From contig CAYMJW010000001.1 of the NCBI GenBank assembly GCA_964390455.1, positions 2,255-66,254 of the forward strand: 64,000 bases of DNA, written 5' to 3'. The translations under genes were made by a program, and so were the position numbers. The notes under the pieces are model-generated. The model searched no databases. It was not told the origin of the DNA and saw nothing but the letters and a program-made list of their open reading frames with translations. The stretch's first letter is position 1. Each line of letters begins with the position of its first letter. This DNA comes from an uncultured Methyloceanibacter sp. GTDB lineage: Bacteria > Pseudomonadota > Alphaproteobacteria > Rhizobiales > Methyloligellaceae. This document shows positions 59,715 through 64,000 of this stretch, piece by piece.

Positions 59715-60608
59715 GTGGTTCTTTGGCGCAAGCTGATGGGTGGGGAGGCCGCGGCGGAGGCGCCGCGCGTCGGCTTTCTCATCGCGGGGGTGCAAAAAGG
59801 GGGGACCTTCAGCCTCTATCGCCTGCTCGAGCGCCACCCTGAGATCAGTTTGTCGACGAGCAAAGAGGTGCACTTCTTCGATGATGAAGGGCTCGATTGG
59901 TCCCGCCCCCGTTACGACCAATACCACGGCAACTTTCCCAGGTGGCGCGAGGGCCAGGTCCGCGGCGAGGCGACGCCGGTCTATATCTACTGGCCGGAGT
60001 CGCTTGAGCGCATTCGCGCCTACAATCCCGATATCAAGCTCATCGTGCTGCTGCGCGATCCGATCGAGCGCGCTTACTCGGCTTGGTGCCATCAGCGGCG
60101 CAAAGGGCGGGAGGCGCTGTCCTTCTCTTCAGCCATCCGCGAGGGCCGCGCGCGGGTCGCCGATGCGAAGGGTTTCGGCAACCGGCACTTCTCCTATGTC
60201 GAGCGTGGGCTTTACGCCGGGCAGTTGCAGCGCGCGTTCGATCTCTTCCCCGCGTCCAATGTGCTTCTGCTCGACAGCAGAAAATTGAGCCGGGAGCCGG
60301 CATCGCTCGTGGCGCAGGTCTCCGGCTTTCTCGGCCTTGGCGGTCCGAATGGCGCGATCGAGCCCGTTCATGCCAATAAGCGGGCGGAGCTCAGGGAAGC
60401 CGAGTCCGTCGAAGCGGACGATGTCGCGCTTCTTGCAGAGATCTATGCGAGCGATGTTGCCGCGCTCGAGAACAGGCTCGACTTCTCTATCGCGCACTGG
60501 CCGGTTTCGCGCTTGCTCAAGGGCGAAATCTCGGCGAAGGACGTGGCGTCGCGGCTGGTCAAGCCGGGATTCGCGAACGAAGACGCGGCAAAGCGGGTTT
60601 CAGCGTGA
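59715..60608 (+). CDS. Sulfotransferase (heparan-sulfate-ST-like motifs)
   Basis: GVQKGGT, KEVHFFD, GEATPVY, LRDPIERAYSAW. Confidence 0.9.
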   Translation: MVLWRKLMGGEAAAEAPRVGFLIAGVQKGGTFSLYRLLERHPEISLSTSKEVHFFDDEGLDWSRPRYDQYHGNFPRWREGQVRGEATPVYIYWPESLERIRAYNPDIKLIVLLRDPIERAYSAWCHQRRKGREALSFSSAIREGRARVADAKGFGNRHFSYVERGLYAGQLQRAFDLFPASNVLLLDSRKLSREPASLVAQVSGFLGLGGPNGAIEPVHANKRAELREAESVEADDVALLAEIYASDVAALENRLDFSIAHWPVSRLLKGEISAKDVASRLVKPGFANEDAAKRVSA

Positions 60609-60682
60609 CTCGGCACTGATCCCCGCGGTTCCCCGCTCGTACGGCTTTGCTTCGGAAAGCTTGAAGCGCTTCGGTCCAACCA

Positions 60683-61903
60683 ATGTTCGAAAGCCCGCCC
60701 GTACCCAAGCAGCCGCGTAGCGAGGGAACCAAGGTTCTGCTCGACTACGACCTCAGCCCCAGCGAGCTGATTTCCTTTCTGCTCGAGTACGAAGCCCATA
60801 AGCTCGGTCTTGAAGCGCACAGGCTGACACCCATCCTTGTCGCCTTTCGCGATCAGGCGGCCGAGACCCTTATGTCTCGCGCCTGCGCGCGAGGAGTGAG
60901 CCGCACCGCATACGAAGTGACCATGGACAAGAGCTTGACGAAGCATATGTTCGATCGAGCCGGGATCCCCCACAGCCCCCACATCAAGCTCGAGCCGTCC
61001 CAATTCGAAGAAGGCCTGAAATTTGCGCGGATGCACGACTTCGATGTCGTCATCAAGCCGAGTCGTGGCGCCCAGGGCGTCGGCGTCTTCGCCAGAATCG
61101 AGGAAGAAGCGCGGTTCCGCGCCTGCTGGAGCAAGCTGGCGGAGCTCCTCGAAAGAAAGAGGTTCGGGCATCTCATGGTCGAGAAACGGGCCACAGGAAA
61201 GGACCTCCGCTTCTTCGTCGTGGGGCGCCGTGTTGTGGGCGTCTTGGAACGTTGCCCCGCGAGCGTGACCGGCGATGGAACGAGCGCCATTAGCGAGCTC
61301 GTAACAGGCAAGAACGACGCGCGGCGACAGAACCCCGATCTTCGCGGAAGGCTGATCAAGATCGACGGTGTCGTGCGAAGGAATTTGCGCGCGAGGAACC
61401 TCGATCCCGGCTCCGTACTTCCCGCGGGCGTGACCCTCGTCCTGCGCGACAACGCCAACATCTCGACTGGCGGCGACAGTATCGATCGAACCGACGAGGT
61501 GCCGGCAAAGATCAAGGAACTGGTTGTCCGCGCCGTGTCGGCTGTCCCCGATGTTGAAACTTGCGGCGTCGATGTGGCGGCAAACGATATCTATGACGAT
61601 ACGCGCCTCGGGCCCGACAACATCATCTTCCATGAGTTGGAAGGCGACGCGGCCATGGGCATGCACCACTTTCCGGGCTGCGGAAAGCCGCGCAACGTGG
61701 CGCGCGCGATTCTCTTGACGCAATTTCCCCATCGCATCGATCCCTCCCGCGATGGACGGGACTATCGCCACGATTTCGATGCCAACGAAAAGCTGTGCCG
61801 GGAAATCGTCAAGGGAATTGTCGCGCTCCGAACGCTCAAGCAGGTTGTTGACACCCCGCCACGGTGGTCTGTGGGAGGCCTTATGCGCGCTATTCGCAAA
61901 TAG
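60683..61903 (+). CDS. Stand-alone ATP-grasp ligase (CphA/GshAB-like)
   Basis: DKSLTK, IKPSRGAQGVGV, PASVTGDG, NANISTGG, GVD, MHHFP..GKPRNVA. Confidence 0.85.
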   Translation: MFESPPVPKQPRSEGTKVLLDYDLSPSELISFLLEYEAHKLGLEAHRLTPILVAFRDQAAETLMSRACARGVSRTAYEVTMDKSLTKHMFDRAGIPHSPHIKLEPSQFEEGLKFARMHDFDVVIKPSRGAQGVGVFARIEEEARFRACWSKLAELLERKRFGHLMVEKRATGKDLRFFVVGRRVVGVLERCPASVTGDGTSAISELVTGKNDARRQNPDLRGRLIKIDGVVRRNLRARNLDPGSVLPAGVTLVLRDNANISTGGDSIDRTDEVPAKIKELVVRAVSAVPDVETCGVDVAANDIYDDTRLGPDNIIFHELEGDAAMGMHHFPGCGKPRNVARAILLTQFPHRIDPSRDGRDYRHDFDANEKLCREIVKGIVALRTLKQVVDTPPRWSVGGLMRAIRK

Positions 61904-61919
61904 GCAGGCGGGCTCGGGT

Positions 61920-63140
61920 CTATCCGCCCAGTGCAACCTCGCCGCAGCCGCTCTCCTCACGCCAGGAGATGCGCGTGCCAAACGGCTCCGATGCCTTCGC
62001 GGCTCTTGCGATGATCTCGCGGCCAAGCGCGGGCGCGGCGAGACGCGGTCGCCCACGGTCTTCGCTTGCGGCATGAAACTGCAAGTCGAGCGGGATCAGG
62101 CGAAGTCGCGTCACGGCCCCTTGTGCGAGAGTGATCTCGGCGGCAAGCCCCTCATAGGTTTGACGCCGATCAAGTTTCGCTGCCGGGGATCTGGTCGCCG
62201 CCAGTTGCGCAAAGGCCGCATCGGGCGGAAGCCCGCGTTGCTCATAGGTCTCGGCGGGGAAGCGTGTGATGTGGGGAGCCTCATAGACGAAATCTCCCAT
62301 CGAGTAGAAGATCGGGCGGCCCTTGAAGAGCTCGATGGCTTTAACTTTGTGCGGCCCGTGGATGAAGACGATTGCTGCGCCATGCTCGATCGCCTGATGG
62401 GCGAACGTGGTGAGCCAAGAGCCTTGCCGATGGGCGTGGACCGAAGCAACGACAACATCCGCCTTCGCGGCCGCCGCAGCGATGGCATCGAGATTGGCGC
62501 GAAGATCGGCTTCGCTCACGCGAAAGCCGGTGACGAGACCATAGTGATCGCTCGTGCGAAAGCGAAGACCGAGCCTCGTTAGAGGCTGCAACCGCTTTCT
62601 TACCGCTGCCGGTACGAGGATTGCGCGGTTTCCCCCCGTCACCGCGAGCGGGTTCAGGCCGGGGCGGCCGGGCAGGTCGGGCCGCGAGAACGAGGCCTTG
62701 CCATAGGGAATGAAATCCGACGCCATGGCGACCAACGCAACCACGCCGCCATTGCAACGAATAGAGCGCGGCGCGCGTGCGGCCTGCAGGTCCTTGCCTG
62801 AGCCGGCGAGAACAAGCCCGGCTCTCTCAGCATGCTCAATCGTCTCAAGCACGCCCGTGCTGCCGTAGTCGAAGCTGTGGTTGTTCGCATGCGCCAGCAT
62901 GTCGAAGCCGGCCCATTTTAGCTCATCGGCGACCTCCGGCGGCGATGCCATGTAGGTTCCGCCGCTCTGCGCTTGGGCGTAACCTTTGAACGCGTGAATG
63001 ACCGTCTCGAGGTTGGTGATCGAGACATCGGCCGCGCGAATTTCATCGACCAGGCGCAGGAACGACGGGTCTTTGACGTGCGACCATGGTCTCGTGATGA
63101 GCGCATCGCCGGCGAGAAAGAGCGACAGGGCGTCAGACAT
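61920..63140 (-). CDS. CapA/PgsA-family metallophosphoesterase-fold protein
   Basis: AGD, NLE, ANNHSFDYG, HGPH, YSMGDF. Confidence 0.88.
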   Translation of the reverse strand: MSDALSLFLAGDALITRPWSHVKDPSFLRLVDEIRAADVSITNLETVIHAFKGYAQAQSGGTYMASPPEVADELKWAGFDMLAHANNHSFDYGSTGVLETIEHAERAGLVLAGSGKDLQAARAPRSIRCNGGVVALVAMASDFIPYGKASFSRPDLPGRPGLNPLAVTGGNRAILVPAAVRKRLQPLTRLGLRFRTSDHYGLVTGFRVSEADLRANLDAIAAAAAKADVVVASVHAHRQGSWLTTFAHQAIEHGAAIVFIHGPHKVKAIELFKGRPIFYSMGDFVYEAPHITRFPAETYEQRGLPPDAAFAQLAATRSPAAKLDRRQTYEGLAAEITLAQGAVTRLRLIPLDLQFHAASEDRGRPRLAAPALGREIIARAAKASEPFGTRISWREESGCGEVALGG

Positions 63141-63299
63141 TGTGTGTCTGCGTTCTGGCAACCTTTTCCAGGCGACGGAGGGCCTTGCCGCGTATGCTAG
63201 GGTTTGTTGGCATCGGAGCCCGCGTTTGCAATAAGCGTTCTTGGCTAGAGGTCAGCGCAACATAGCGGCCCGAACATAGCAGACGGCTCGGGGGGTAGT

Positions 63300-64000
63300 A
63301 TGTGCGGATTGGTGGGCATTTGGCGGCGCGACGGCGGCGAGGCTGATCGCAACGATATCGAGCGGATGCTCGCACCCATTGCCCATCGCGGGCCTGACGG
63401 CAGGGGGATTTGGCAAAACGGCCACGTCGCCTTCGGCCACCTGAGGCTGTCGATCATCGACCTGACCGATGCCTCGGCGCAGCCCATGCTGACGGCCGAT
63501 CGCTCCGGCGTCCTCGTCTATAATGGCGAGGTTTACAACTACCGGGAGCTTCGCACGGAGCTCGAGCGCGAGGGCGTGCGGTTCCACACCTCAGGCGAGG
63601 TCGAGGTCGTGCTCCTCGCTTTGCACCACTGGGGCGCGGAAGAGGCCGTGAAGCGATTCAACGGCATGTTCGCCCTGGCCTATTTCGACGGCCGCGATGG
63701 CGCAGTGTGGCTCGCGCGCGACAGGGTCGGAATCAAGCCGATGCTCGTCGCCGATACGGGGACCGAATTCGTGTTCGGCTCGGAAGCAAAGGCCCTTCTT
63801 GCCCACCCGCGCATGAAGGTGCGTGCGGATCGTCACGCCATGTCGAAATGGCTTCTCTCGGGCGGATACCGCCCCGATCGAACGCTCTTTGAGGGCATCG
63901 ATGCCGTCGAGGCCGGCTCCCTATGGAAGATCACGAAGCACGGAATCGAAAAGCGGCGCTACTTCGATGTCTTGGAAGCCCTCGACGTCGATCGGCTCGT
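63300..64000 (+). CDS. asnB: Second AsnB-like amidotransferase (runs off right edge)
   Basis: Not in the ORF track; MCGLVGIW...HRGPDG...GHLRLSIID...YNGEVYN...ARDRVGIKP. Confidence 0.92.
   Translation, partial: MCGLVGIWRRDGGEADRNDIERMLAPIAHRGPDGRGIWQNGHVAFGHLRLSIIDLTDASAQPMLTADRSGVLVYNGEVYNYRELRTELEREGVRFHTSGEVEVVLLALHHWGAEEAVKRFNGMFALAYFDGRDGAVWLARDRVGIKPMLVADTGTEFVFGSEAKALLAHPRMKVRADRHAMSKWLLSGGYRPDRTLFEGIDAVEAGSLWKITKHGIEKRRYFDVLEALDVDRL

Noticed and set aside
60683-63140. Canonical cyanophycin (cphAB) or PGA (capBCA) operon
   Set aside because: No fused Mur domain, cyanophycinase or capC in the window, and the two genes are convergent.

Overview
High-GC alphaproteobacterial (Hyphomicrobiales-like, inferred from gene content) chromosome segment in two parts. 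About 1-29 kb is mostly housekeeping: hslUV, hisB-H-A-F-E-coaA, a PfkB kinase, nth, gpmA, dapB, typA, thpR, rlmN and argG. It also holds a small Fic/antitoxin insertion, a Tat-signal oxalate decarboxylase and several intergenic palindromic repeats. From about 29.3 kb to the right edge is an accessory surface-polymer locus. It encodes a nonulosonic acid pathway (neuB/C/A) with tailoring enzymes, GT4 glycosyltransferases, a deacetylase, an ABC-exporter-like protein with a decayed ATPase domain, and four to five sulfotransferase-fold genes (one further paralog lies outside at 26.7 kb). Most strikingly, it has about nine predicted amide-bond-forming enzymes: five N-terminally truncated MurF-like ligases sharing an unusual C-x4-C-x5-C-x2-C tail and a DxxKAPxW motif, a stand-alone CphA/GshAB-like ATP-grasp ligase next to a CapA-family gene, and three AsnB-like proteins. 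My main hypothesis is a non-peptidoglycan assembly line making a peptide/amide-decorated, sulfated, nonulosonate-containing surface polymer. All calls come from motif recognition by eye; no database search was run.
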